Origin: Azolla caroliniana
Lineage: Eukaryota > Plantae > Polypodiophyta
DNA: 64,000 nt
Direction: 5' to 3'
Assembly (NCBI GenBank): GCA_043228905.1
Contig: JBHGNT010000021.1
Coordinates: 5,642,001-5,706,000, forward strand
Positions 10,170 through 22,740 of this stretch are shown here, piece by piece; position 1 is the first letter of the stretch; every line of letters starts with the position of its first letter. A program made the position numbers and the translations under genes. The notes under the pieces were generated by a model that was not told the DNA's origin, did no database searches, and saw only the letters and a list, made by a program, of their open reading frames with translations.

Positions 10170-13100
10170 GTGAGTGATAAATTTTGTTGTTTTCTACCTT
10201 GATAAGATGTGGTCACTAGATGCAATATTTAAACTCTTTGACAAGCATGAGGCATTTTGAGGGAGAAAAAAATCCGTTTGTACAGTCATTCTAGTTGCAA
10301 TACCATTCTATTAATGAATAAATGATGAGCAAGAAAGCAATATCTATAAGAATCTAATTTGGATGTGTTTGATTTACTAATAAATAACTGGCATTGTTGG
10401 CAAAGAACAATGGGAAGTTTTATGTGGATATATGTGAAGTATGTCCACTCCACTGAGAGAATTTCTGTGCTCAAGATCTTAAAATATAATTGTTCAAACT
10501 GGAAGAGAAGTTGTGAAGAGAAGATTGAAAGATAGATTGTACTACAGACCTCTAATCGTAAGTGTTATTTTCAGTAATGATGACTTATGTTGTTAGCATG
10601 GATATAAGTGTGGCATCCATTGGGATTTTCTCTGCTGATCTCATTGATTCAAATGGTTGTTTCAAAATGCTAGATAAGATATGAAGAACGCCAGGTTAGA
10701 ACATTCGGTTTCACTAGGCTTACATGGACTGAACCTTTTCAGATGATTTTACTTTCTTCAACATTAGGCCAGATGTAAAATTTGAAGGATTTTATGGTAA
10801 CAGTTGATATTAGTTCTGATTTCCTTAAAAAATGGAAGCAGAGAGTGGATCCCTTTGTGTTTAACCTAGTTTATCGCCAAAAGGAGTGCATGTATATGAT
10901 TTAGGACAATGGCATAACTGGTTGTTCTTCCCCCAATGACATTTTCAATCAATGCATCCCAAGATGTTTGACAATAATAGTTGGGAATTACCGAGCAAAT
11001 ATGGGAGGCTGGGAGGGGCAACTTGGTCATGTAAAAATTCTTTCACTAACTCTACAATACACTATAAATAGCTCAAATTGTGTGGCACAATAATTTGTTA
11101 GGAGTTTCGTGTTTGTCTATTGTTCTGAGAATCCTTGAGTGGAAAGTCATTGAAAGCCGACAGTTCGGGATGAAGGATGAAACTATAGCTGTGTCTATTT
11201 TATTATTAAAAATGACTTGGCATTCTTGAAAAAAGGAGCTTATCTTGTTTTATTACTAAAAAGGTGGACTTTTTCACTATAAGGCTTTGTGACTAACAAA
11301 AAAACATGTTTCATTGAAGAATTGGTCTATCTCTTGTTTGAGGCCCATGACTTCTCTCTTCATCCTTGCATAAATGTAGGGATCTCTCTGAAACCTCAGC
11401 TTTATTGGAATCTCCTCCTTGATGCACACGGAATTCTATGAGAAACATCTCTTGAGATACATCCCGTGGCCTCTAAAGCGGTGGTCTACTGTCCCTGGGA
11501 GTATAGAGAATAGTAGGTTTGGTTGCTAGATGAAGTCACTTGGTGACTGTTGGGCAATAACATTGGGAAAAATTAGAATTTAGTGCAATAACTAAGTGGA
11601 TCATGGGAATTTAAGTCTAATAGATTTCTAAAGAGTTATGATGAGCCTTGTCATGGGGGAAGTGGTAATGAGGTTCACGATTGATGCATTAATTTATGCC
11701 CTGAATCCTAATGCAGTTCTGATGAATCCTTGAAGGTGCCGATGAACAGAGTTGGTGTGAGAAAGAGAGAGAAAGAGAGAGAAAAAAGAAAGAAAAGATA
11801 TATTAACGTCTTTTAAGAGGCCAAAATGGCCCATAAGACCAAACAAGAGATTACATCTGAAGTGTTGTCTCGTCTTTGAGAACAACCAATCAAATTAAAT
11901 AAATGTTACCGAGTAAAAAAAAGTAAATAAGATGAAAATGAAACTAAAAAATCTTGTTATCTGTACATCTAAGAGTGTCAAGTCAGATATATTGTATTTT
12001 TGGTCTTTGAAAGATCTCTAACTTAGGTTAATCTCGAATGGAGAGGTCTCCGAAGTGAGGGAAGCACTTGGGATGGCAGGTATGTTTTACTCCGATTGTG
12101 CGAGCCACAGCCTTTGTCAAACCATTGGGAGACCACACTTTCCCTGATACAGATTCATACAATGCATAGATTCCCCATCGCATATCTGATAGGGACACCA
12201 AGGGCTTCTAGACATTGCATAAGCCGAGCATGCAACATAGTACCAAAGGCTTTTCATAAACCTACCAAGCAACAACAAATCCTCTTTTTATGGGCTCTGC
12301 CTTATCTGATAAGAGCTCGGAGGGTCAATATGTGATGCAAAGTTGTGAACCCCTTTTGAAAGCATGACTCTCCAGCTGAATGGCAGCCATTTCACTGTAC
12401 CCATATACTCAAATCTAACTCTAGGATTGAGCCATGTAGTTTAGCCAAGTGATGGCCAATCATGGATGTCCTATAGTTGCTCGGGATCATTCAACTTTTA
12501 ATCCCGAGTCTGATTTTGGGACATCATTGTAGTAAAATGGGCACTCTGGCCACTTGGATAGTGTGTGAACAGGTTAAAATATCCAAATGGCCCAAAACCC
12601 AAATGATCAAAGTATAATGTTTGTACGAGTAAAAATAGCGCTATAGAAAGCTCTGGAGATGATAGGACGACAACTCATAGTGTACATCAGGAGCTCACCT
12701 TTGAAGTGAGATCCAAAAGTTCTAAAGTTATGTTTTATATGACCCATTTAGGGTTGGCCAAGTTCACACTGAACTTGGCGCAAAAATAAAAGAATTGACT
12801 TTTGGCAAGAAAATGGCTTTGAGTTTGTCATCAAAAGGAGCCATTCCTGCACCTGTGATAATGTACCTGTAAACAAGGACAAGTGTTCAGCTGCACTCTT
12901 GGACTCATCCAACTGAATGCCAACAAGCTTTCGCATCAGGTGTAGTTGATTAACAGGCGTAGTGTTTTCATATGTAGCCTTCAACTTTGCCCATATTTTG
13001 GAGGCAAATACCAAGCCTTTGAGATGTACGAAAATCTCATAAGAAACAACCATCTTAATGTATGTGACAACCTTTTTGTTCAAAATCCGCCATGCATCTT

Positions 13101-16100
13101 TGGACATGTCCTCTGGTTTTTGTCTCCAATGCCTTGTCACAATCCTTCAGAAAGAGAATTCCTTGCGTTCTCTCCTTCCATAAGTTGAAACCCATTCCCT
13201 CAAATTGGCAAATCTCAAAAAGATTCTTCACATCTGAGGAACATGACACCATAGTTGCACAATGAAGAGGTCTGAACACCTTTTCTTTGCTGTATAGCAC
13301 CTACGCAGCAGTTCTGAAACCCTAAACCTTGCTCTGATACCAATTGAAAGGGTCAGAAATGATGTCGATAGGGCTGAGGAACATTCAAGAGTCACCCAAT
13401 TATGGGCGCTTTTGGTGCTATAGTAGAGCAATGGCTGAAAAGATAGAGAGAGCAACAGTTGGAGGAGCTCACCTTTGAAGTGACTCGTGAGATCCAAAGT
13501 TCTAAGGTTATGTTTTATATGACCCATTTAGGGTTGGCCATGTTCACACTGAACTTGGCCCAAAAGAAAAAGAATACGTGATACGTGACTTTTGGCCTTT
13601 ATAATTAGGCCTATACACATGTACACACTATAAGGGGGTCATTTAGGGCCTTTACGCCAACATTCACATCAGTTACCATATTAGAGTCACAAAATTCTTG
13701 TAATTTCAATGAACCCTTCACCTAACATAGACATTACTTTTTTTCCCCTTGAAATATCTCATAATTGACTTCATGGCTTCCTAATGTGCCTTGCTAAGAT
13801 TAGCCATGAGCCTGCTAACTCCCATGGCATGTGCAATTCCTGCTCTTTTAGTAAACATGACATACATCAAAGAACCACGATCTGACGCATATGGTAGTCT
13901 TCAGCTAATTGATTGATTGCCACATCATCATTTGGGCAGACTTTTTCACCCAATTTGACATGTAGCCACAAAGGTGCACTTAGGGTGTTTGCATAATTTA
14001 TGTTGAACCTTTCAAGCATCATTTAAATCTACTTCTCAGGATACATAAAGCAGCTGCTTCTGCCAATTCCTCGTTGTCTTCATACCCAAGGTATGTTTAC
14101 CATGGAAACCACTGCTTTTACCTGGTCTGTAAGGTTATGAAGAGTAAGTACTATTCTCTTTTTACCAGCAAAATGGTGGGCCTGCTATCTACATCTCTTT
14201 TCTTGTATAGACATTGATTTGCACAGCTCCTTTTAACCCCATGGGATAGCATATAAGCATAAATATTTTTGTACCACAGTTTCTAAGCTTGTTTCAGCCC
14301 ATATAGATGCCTCTCGAGTTTGCAAACTAACTGTTCCTTGCAAGGAATTGCAAAAGCATGTCTGTTTCATATATAGCTCTTCTTCAATGTTACCATGCAA
14401 AAAAGCACTGTTTACATCCATCTCCAAAAGCTCCAAGTTCATAGATGCTGTGAGAGAAAATAAAGTCCACAGGGTGTTCATTTTGAATACAGGGGAGTAC
14501 ATAACCTTTTGCAACCAGGTGTGCTTTGTCTTTGGGTTTCCTATCCATAGTCTTGATTTTATCCACCCAGCTATCAGGTATATCATTCTGATTCTTGAGC
14601 AGTTGAACCAAATCCTACATGTATTTCCATGCAGAACTTTTATTTCTTCTTGCATTGCAAACTCTCACGTCTCCCCAAAGGCCTCAAGGGAGATTAGCTG
14701 TGAACATGCTTCTCACCCTCTTATGGGCTTTCCTATTATATTGTTTAAGCCAAGCCATTAAAATAGGAGTGTATATGGAGCTGCTACCTTGCTCCTTACA
14801 CCATGTAACTCACGAAATCTTCTAAAGTCAATACTTGTGATTCACCCCCATGCAGTTTGCATTTTAGCTCTGTACCTGTTTGGATTGTGGCTAGAACATT
14901 ACAACACTTGGCAGTTTTCAAGAAACTGTTGGTTTTACGGCACTTTGAGGAAACTGGTTTTCTCTAAGTCATGTCTAAGTGTTTGAAGATTGAAGATGAC
15001 TGTTAGAGCATCATTAGAGCTCCACTTGTGAACATTAATAATGGTGACAACTTCAGTTTAGGAATGGGAAGTTTATCTAGTAATCATGATCCCTCATTGT
15101 GCTACAATAGAATTGAAAGGAACTTTGTTTTATGTGTTATTTTTATTTGATTCGTGACACCATCAGACTGTAACATTATATATTCATTTACAGGTTCTTA
15201 TGTGTATTTGTAGCTGTTGGGGCTGTAATTACCTTGATTACATGTTCTGGCTACATTGCAGCTGCAACAACAAATGGATGCTGTCTTTCTTGTGTATCCT
15301 TATACTTATGTGCTATTTCTTTCTTGGAGTTCTCCAATAACCTTTGTTCCGAATGTTTTGTTTCTATTAACAATTAAGACAGTATTCTTTCTTTATTGGG
15401 ATTTTAATTCTCATAGAGCTTGCGTTTGGAGGTTTTCTTTACTTCTATGACGATTGGCAGGAGGTATCGCCTTTTACTTAAGCCATGTTCAGTGTTGTGG
15501 TCTCCATATGTTAGTAAACAACGTTAAAGTGTACAAGTAATTGTAGGTAATACCGAGTGATTCAACTGGAGAGCTGGAGAGCATAGAGGACTTCATTGAG
15601 GACAAGATTGGGATTTTTAAATGGGTGGCTTTGGGGGCAGTCATCCTGCAGGTACTGATGCTTTATAATCATTTTTCTCCCTTGATGTCTATGATGCGAA
15701 TAAATTTCAGTGGGGCTGTTTTTTCATTTGGCGTTGCAGTGTAAACTTGGGATATATATCTTGTGCATTTCTAGGGAAACGTTTTCTGTGTTTTGCATGT
15801 ATGTACCTATATATACATGGATAACTCTGCATAGAGAAAAAAATCTTTTGTGGTTGATAATTCTTACTGTAGTCATTGCTATATTCAAAATCTTACAACT
15901 AATTGCATGGCCTTATATGCAAAATTGACAACTTAAGGTTACATTTGTTACAGAGAGAAAACTATGTAGGGAAGAACTCCATTATTGACTCATCTTATAT
16001 GCATCAGAGGTGGCATGTACTCAGCAGTAACAAGTTAATTTATGTACATATTGGCTTCTGAGTGGAATCACTACTCTAGCTGTGGTTGCATATGCATGGA

Positions 16101-16634
16101 ATATTGTGCACCCATCTTAGAGGAGTACTTTATGGAAATATTTTTGTTTAGGATGTTCCTAACATATCTCGGCTGTGTTTACACTTGATTGTTAATGTCT
16201 CAAATTACATATAAGCTTAGTTGGAAATATTAAAATTATTGAGTGCAGGCATTTGCTCTACTTCTATCTGTTATTTTGCGAGCTTTGGGAGGAAATCATG
16301 CACGAGGTTACGACAGCGATGATGAATATGTGGCCCCAAGAACAACAAGTCGGCAACCTTTATTAAACAGGCAAACCACTGGAACTGTTGCGTCAACTAC
16401 TACTGAGAATCGTCCTGCTCGAACAGATGCATGGAGTACAAGGATGAGAGAAAAGGTGTAATAATAGTATGTTCTTAATTGTTTTATTATTCATCTGTAT
16501 CGTTCTAACTTGAGATGTATGATCCATCTATGCTTCTTCAGTATGGACTGGATACCAAGGAATTTTCATACAATCCGACCCAGCAACAGGCAGCAACTCC
16601 AGAAGTGAAGAAAGGCTGGTGCACTATTATGTAG
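9841..16634 (+). CDS. TOM2A: TOM2A-like tetraspanin-related membrane protein, about 304 aa; exons 9841-10169, 15194-15293, 15383-15463, 15547-15651, 16249-16455, 16542-16634
   Basis: MTCRGFIQFLLKVINFLFALVGLAMIGYGIYMF, NGCCLSC/YS, FKWVALGAVI, YDSDDEYVAPR, DAWSTRMREK/YGLDTKEFSYNP and CTIM* match the TOM2A family; all six exons join in frame with GT-AG introns. Confidence 0.93.
12690..14900 (-). mobile_element. Degenerate Ty1/copia pieces in the TOM2A intron: RT remnant, LTR 13345-13662, tRNA-iMet PBS, gag, partial LTR copy
   Basis: PBS TGGTATCAGAGC (13342-13331); gag FEGMGFNLWKER and IWAKLKATYE; RT MDVNSAFLHGNIEEELYMKQ; 12690-12805 repeats part of the LTR. Confidence 0.85.
15194..15293 (+). 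CDS. TOM2A: TOM2A-like coding exon 2
   Basis: CAG acceptor; (W)FLCVFVAVGAVITLITCSGYIAAATTNGCCLSC. Confidence 0.9.
15294..15382 (+). other. U12-type (minor spliceosome) GT-AG intron, 89 nt
   Basis: 5' site GTATCCTT; branch-like TTCTATTAAC ending 11 nt before the 3' splice junction; no polypyrimidine tract. Confidence 0.85.
15383..15463 (+). CDS. TOM2A: TOM2A-like coding exon 3
   Basis: YSFFIGILILIELAFGGFLYFYDDWQE. Confidence 0.9.
15547..15651 (+). CDS. TOM2A: TOM2A-like coding exon 4
   Basis: VIPSDSTGELESIEDFIEDKIGIFKWVALGAVILQ. Confidence 0.9.
16249..16455 (+). CDS. TOM2A: TOM2A-like coding exon 5
   Basis: AFALLLSVILRA..YDSDDEY..DAWSTRMREK. Confidence 0.92.
16542..16634 (+). CDS. TOM2A: TOM2A-like coding exon 6 ending in CaaX motif CTIM
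   Basis: YGLDTKEFSYNPTQQQAATPEVKKGWCTIM*. Confidence 0.92.
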   Translation, partial: YGLDTKEFSYNPTQQQAATPEVKKGWCTIM

Positions 16635-17199
16635 ATTCAAGCATATCAAGGTTCAAAATGTGCTACTTTTTATTAACAGTTGGTAGTTTTGGTATGCTTT
16701 TATGCTATTCTTCTTGTAGTCATAAAAGCTTGTGCTAGTAGTATTGCATGATTTTGGATCTGCATTTTGAGAGTAGGAATTCTATTTTCAACAAATGGTT
16801 TCTGCTAAATTTATATCGGACATATATGTACAAATAATTTGACACGAAGAATCAGATTCTGTCCTTAGCCGTTTGTTTAGATTTTGGTAATTTTTAGTAC
16901 GATGTTTTTGTGTATACTGGAAAACAAAATTACATTATTGTATTTCAATTAAATATTATTCCTCACATCATGGAATTGTTAATTTCTAGTCAAGCTATAA
17001 TTATCCCTCAGATCCAGTATAATCAACCATGTTTCATCTCTTGTGAGCTAATTAATTTGTAACTCGATCTGTGTGACGCAATTAATTAGCATATACTCCA
17101 TTGAGCAAGAAATAAAATGAAATGCCATATTAACATCTGCAAAATGTTAAATAATCTGATATGTTTCATCTCTCGATTGGGATGCAAGTTATCCTATGA

Positions 17200-19100
17200 A
17201 CAATATGATAGTTCTATCTGATGGCGACAATATCAGCTCCTGCAAGCCGGCCAATACCACAACAGAAGCCATGAGACAAGTGGATATACATGTGCAGGAC
17301 ATAGTATAAAGGCATCCTGTGGTGCGTTGAGGAAATTGTCTCAATTGAAAACCATCCATGGGAGAAGATCCTGCCTAATAATCTTATCAATCTTCAAGTG
17401 AGTCGACGTAAGTGATGGTGCATCCAGTGAGTCCTTCAGGATAGTTTGTGCATACTGCAACCATGCAACTTAAAAAGGAATTGATTTGACTATACTGACC
17501 TGCTCCAATCCTCATAGAGCTGCATATCTGCTCATAATCTGAACCCTCCAACCCCTCACATGTAGAAGGTTGGATCTGACTCTGAGATTTGTATAGGAAC
17601 TCATATATCCTATCTTATCTTGTCCTTAGGTGGAAATAGGTGTTGATATTCCCAACTCCTTGAGATCTCGTATTAGAGACTATGATCTGGCTTTTTCTAT
17701 GATGCAAGACTAAGCGCATAATGTAGTATTGAGAATCTTCTCAAAAATCATGAATGCCCGTCACCTAGAATGTTTTATGTTCGCTCAGCACAACTAAAAT
17801 TGTGCTCTAGTATAGAGGCATATAGCTTGGACAGGCCATGACCTATCATGCTGGTGCAGTAGTTTGTTAATAGAGCAGGATCTCCTGCGAATGTAAACAA
17901 TCATGTGAGTGGTCAGCTATCAAGAAATCCTTTTCATATGGTTTTATTACAGAAAGAGCTATGAGTTCTGTAAGCACATCTAAGGCCTCAATTAAGTGCT
18001 TTAGAATATGTACATCATGATCTTGTGTCTTCAGATATGAGTGTAGACAATCATGTTGATGTTTCAACCATGAAGAAAACCTTATCATGTGTTGTCAAAT
18101 ATAAGAGCTGCAAGCGCTGCAAGCACATCTAGGGCATTTATGGAGTCCTAGATGTATATGAGTGTAGACAATCATGTGATGCTTCAACCATGAAGAAAAC
18201 CTTATCATGTGGTTTTGTCAAACATATGGGCTGCCAGCTCAGCAAGCACATCTAGGGCACGTATGATGTCCTTTACAACATGCGCATCTTGATATCGGAT
18301 CTTTCCTGTATGATCTATCAATGAATTTTACATATTTGGTGATGAGGAATGTTTTCTTAGTTCCCATGCCTCTCAATAATCCTGGCTCATGAACATCTCA
18401 TAAAATTCTGTTTCAATCTGAGCTAAAAAAGATTTCTTTTTTCTGACGAGGCATCAAAAGAGGATTTGTGATTAATGGTTTGTATTTTAACTTCCTCTCC
18501 CAAAATCTGTGTAAGCTCTCTGGTAGAGATAAATGTGGGTTCAATATCTCTAGAAGTTCGCATATCGCTGCCTCGAAGACTCCAATGTCTTTCCATGGAA
18601 TATGCCTCTAGAGTGATTGTGCAACATGTTGCATGCCACTCAAAGACGGGTGCTGGTCAATTCCTTGTTTGGTTAGAAACTGAGGCTTAGCTAGCCAATA
18701 CTCCCACCACACAACCTCAGACACACTATACACTGAAGCTCTCCAGAGTGTGAGTCTCCATAAATAATTCAGCTCACAAGCACTTGCATAATGTCATGTA
18801 TGTCTGAATGCGAATCTTCTTTTTATTGTATGCCAACGTTCACAATTAGGGTGCATGCGCGATCAATACCCTAATCACTATTGAGTGTTCCTCAATGACA
18901 TCCTCAACTGATCTCCTTGTCTCTCTCTCTCTCTCTTATGTGCTTATATGCAGGACCTGAAGCAAGACTCTCATGATGCGATGTGATTGCTATTCCAAGT
19001 TGGGTTGTATTCTTTTATACACATTGAATTAAAAAGCCCAGGGAAAGTGGTACTGGGTGGAGCGGGGTTACTCTGAATTATGAGTGTCGTTGGGAGTGTA
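17200..19100 (-). pseudogene. Highly degraded LINE-like remnant with a local duplication (about 18030-18135 / 18155-18260)
   Basis: Minus-strand IFMETH resembles an APE endonuclease motif; duplication visible; otherwise weak. Confidence 0.3.
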
Positions 19101-19371
19101 TGAAAGCATAGGAAGACACTCATATTTACTTTTATCTACCTGTCCTAAGGGAGTTCTCCCAACCTTTAAGCGGAATGGCACTTTATTCTCTGTAGGATCT
19201 GTCTCTTCTCCATCCTAAGCACTTGCTATGTCTGATCCACCTGTGCTGGAGCTCTTTTGCTGTTAGGTTGTAGCCCTCCATTATTGTAATCATTCTGGTA
19301 AAGTATGGAATTTTTTTTTTGTCCTTTTGCTTATATATGCTTACTATTCTCCTCACATTATTGTTGTTGCC

Positions 19372-19515
19372 ATATATATGCCCTTTCTTAGTGTATCTCT
19401 AATTAGCCCAAGTCAACTCATGGGGTTTTTTGTGTCCTTTGAATTCGAAGTGCATGCATGTTTTTGAATTGACTTGGGCTAATTAGAAGTATGGTAAGAA
19501 AAGGGGTATATATAT
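19372..19515. repeat. Hairpin/MITE-like inverted repeat with further tandem copies of the arm to about 19700
   Basis: TCTAATTAGCCCAAGTCAA ... TTGACTTGGGCTAATTAGA; arms extend imperfectly to about 45 bp. Confidence 0.7.
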
Positions 19516-21089
19516 TTTCTTAGTGTACCTCTAATTAGCTCTAGTCAACTAATTCATGGGGTCTTTGAGTCTTTTGGAAATTCAGATGTACCTTGGTGGG
19601 GAATATGTTCACTTTTCTTCTCTCTGATTTCTATTGTTGCGATATATATGCCTTTCCATAGTGTACCTCTTTTATTAGCCAAGCTTAGCTCATTAGGTTT
19701 TTTCTATATTTAGGGAAGTCAATTCTATCTAATTCAGAAAATCCTTAGTGGATGCATATTTTGTTGTGTTAACACTAGTAATTCAATGTAGTGTCGTATG
19801 AGGATGCATTGATGCGGTATCCTTGTAAAAAATTTAGAGTGGGATATGAAAGGCCTTTGTAGTGAATTGAAGAGCCAAATACAAGACATATGTGATGACT
19901 CCAACAAAACCCCAAACTCATGGTAAAATCAAAACAATGAAATTTGGCAATGAGCTAAGGTTTTCATGTAAGCTTGCACATTTTCATTCTGTTCTATCAT
20001 CTTAAAATTCCTTATTAATGTGGATAGGAAGAATTCTTTATAAGGAATGTTGGTTCATGTATGTGAGACTGTCAACAACGTATATATGAATCACTTGTGC
20101 TTTCATAAGGTTCAGTGGATGAGCCAATTTGTATTGAAGCCATGTGAGAAATGATTGTCGTTGGAGCAATCCTAGACACACAATGTAGTCCTATATGTGA
20201 AAGACTCATAACACAAACATCATGAATTTCCCCACATCCAATTTCCACACCAGAATTATCCCACTTCCAACTACTTGAAAAAGACTATTAAAAGTCATTA
20301 TCATTTCCACTTACTGTATTGAAGTAGTTGAATGTATCATCTTAAATATTGAATGTACAAACATTGTCTTTGACAATGGTGCTTTTGGCATACGTTCGTC
20401 ACTAGATATGATGCATGCCTCCTTTTCATGTTGAGACTTTAGCTTTTCAAGGCATGATTGTTTGACATTTCCTCCCCTTTGGCATTGTATATAACATTGT
20501 ACTTTATTTCATATGGCAAGACACTTTAATCATTGCAATATCTTCTTGCTCAACGTCATCTTCTATATTATCCAAACGATCTCTTAGTTTATGCACAATC
20601 TTTATCCAAATTCTGATAATGATCTAAACAAGCCTTTTTGTCACATTTTGGAATACCTTCAAGCACCTTGCCTTCCAAATATATCAAATCCTAATACTAC
20701 TTAGCAATTGTTGTATTTAGTTTTACAAGTCGATATTTTTGGATTCAAGGGTATATTTGTTTTGCATCCATGTCTCAGAGTATCGACAACATCCTCATTC
20801 TCATACAACATTGGTAGCCCTTGTACAAGTGCCCACAACATGGCCCCACAAAGACATTGATTGAGGATATACTAATATTAAGATTCTTAATAATCTTTTC
20901 CATATTTCCATTGCGAGCAAGGTCCAAATCATGTGCCATGCTTTTGGACTATGAGATAAAGAGACTCCTTGCTTAATATATCTTTTCGCCTTTAATATCT
21001 AGCCCTCACACACCAATCATCTTCGACTTACCCTACCTTGAATTGTTAAACATGATCATAGATTGTTCTTGTTAATCCTTCCAATTATC

Positions 21090-21530
21090 TAGTTCTACAT
21101 CTCCGATCCTCATTTATGTCTCTATAGAGCAAGATCCTAGTCTTGTTTTGTAATCATGTGTCTCTCCTGATTCTACATCCCCAAATCAAATTCATGTCTC
21201 TTGAAGTCTAGATCCAAGTCTTGTTTCTTATCATGTTTCTATAGTTCATGTTTCTTCCAAAAATCCAGCCCGCCATATTCATGTGTCTCCAACGCATGTT
21301 TGTTCACAAGTTCTTGATCCTATTCATTATTCTTGTTCAAACACCGGTAAGGTTTTAAATGTTTGTTCGCAAGTCTAGATCCTAGTCTTGTTTCTTATCA
21401 TGTTTCTCTAGTTAAAAAAATCCTACTCCTTGTCATATTCATGTGTCTCCAACTCAGCTTTGTTCACAAGTTCTTAATTCTATTTCTTAGTCTTGTTCAA
21501 ACACGGGTAAGGTTTTAGATACCTGTTCGT
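21090..21530. repeat. Degenerate tandem duplications (GATCCTAGTCTTGTTTCTTATCATGTTTCT...)
   Basis: Repeated blocks visible, e.g. about 21210-21360 vs 21375-21520. Confidence 0.7.
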
Positions 21531-21599
21531 TTAATTTCCCGGCGTGTCCCCAAATTCCACTAAGAGTCTCCAAAAATATCATTACAAGAATTCATACGA

Positions 21600-22740
21600 T
21601 TTGGTAAGGAGGATATAACTCAAATAGCCTTTGCTTTTAAAGTATATTGCCCTATTAATTTCAATGTGAAGCCAACTCCAATTTTGCTAAAGAGATATAA
21701 AGAATTCATTGATATATTCGGCAATGTGAAAGCCACTCAACTACTAGAACATCGGCCTTATGCTTTCTCAATGTTAGGATTTCGGTCCCTCCAGATGGGA
21801 TGATGAAGGCCCGATGAGAACCGGATGATGCATGCCCAGTGAGAACCTCTCACTGGATGAAGGGACATATATGTAAATATGTTTCTGAGAGCCCATTGGG
21901 GCTATATTTGTAAATAGTCCTAAAGTCATATTAGTATAAATATGATCTAGGGCAATCACTTTATCAACGATGGTGTATTGAGGCCAGTATTGTTGTATAG
22001 AGCTATTGGTGTAACTGTTGTACAAAGAGAGAGAGAGAGCAATATAGAGTGTGTCTCTGTTGTAACTGCCGTCAAGCAAAGATTGAGAGCAAGAGGTCAT
22101 TGCCTCTGTGTTCCTCTGTTGTTTTCTCCTTACATAGTGATAGTTGGAGTTTGTGGACTCCCATGGTTTTTCCCATTTAGGGTTTTCCACGTAAACATAC
22201 TGTGTACTCTCTCTCATATTGTTTGTGTGTACGTGCATTTACCTTCATTGCCCATTTCTTTTCTGTGGTTGTGATTCTCACGAAGTGATTGAAGTCTCAG
22301 TTGTGGCCGAGATATATTCCGCACACGCATATTTCATGTCACTCAATAGAGCTACAATTAGGTACCACACCTCCATTGGGGCCCATTTCAACTTTCTCAT
22401 TTCTAGAGAGCTTGAAGCACTTCCGAGTTATATAGAGGAAAAGTTGCCCCCGTGGTTTATCAAACATTCCTAATCACCAACAGGGGCACCCATCTTCCTC
22501 ATAAAGGAAAACAATATACTTTACAGTTGATTGTTCACTATCAAGGCCTCAACAAAATCACAATTGAAATCTAGATCCTCTCTTCCAATTATCCAAGAGA
22601 TGTTAGAACTCCAAGAAGCCAAATACCTTATGAAAATAGATCTTCATAGTACATATAGTGTCATTCGAATTGAAGGAGATAAATGGATGCTTGGTCTCTG
22701 TATTCGATATGATCATTTAAATGTTACAATGTATGATTAA
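21600..22740 (+). mobile_element. Degraded Ty3/gypsy chromovirus (Tcn1-like) RT remnant, split by a solo LTR
   Basis: YKEFIDIF..LLEHRPY, RELEAL.SYIEE...FIKHS*SPTGAPIF and KIDLHSTY resemble the Tcn1/Tf2 RT N-terminus. Confidence 0.78.
21772..22341 (+). mobile_element. Solo LTR, same family as 54408-54953
   Basis: TGTTAGGA...ATGTCA; 5-bp TSD CTCAA (21767-21771 / 22342-22346). Confidence 0.9.
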
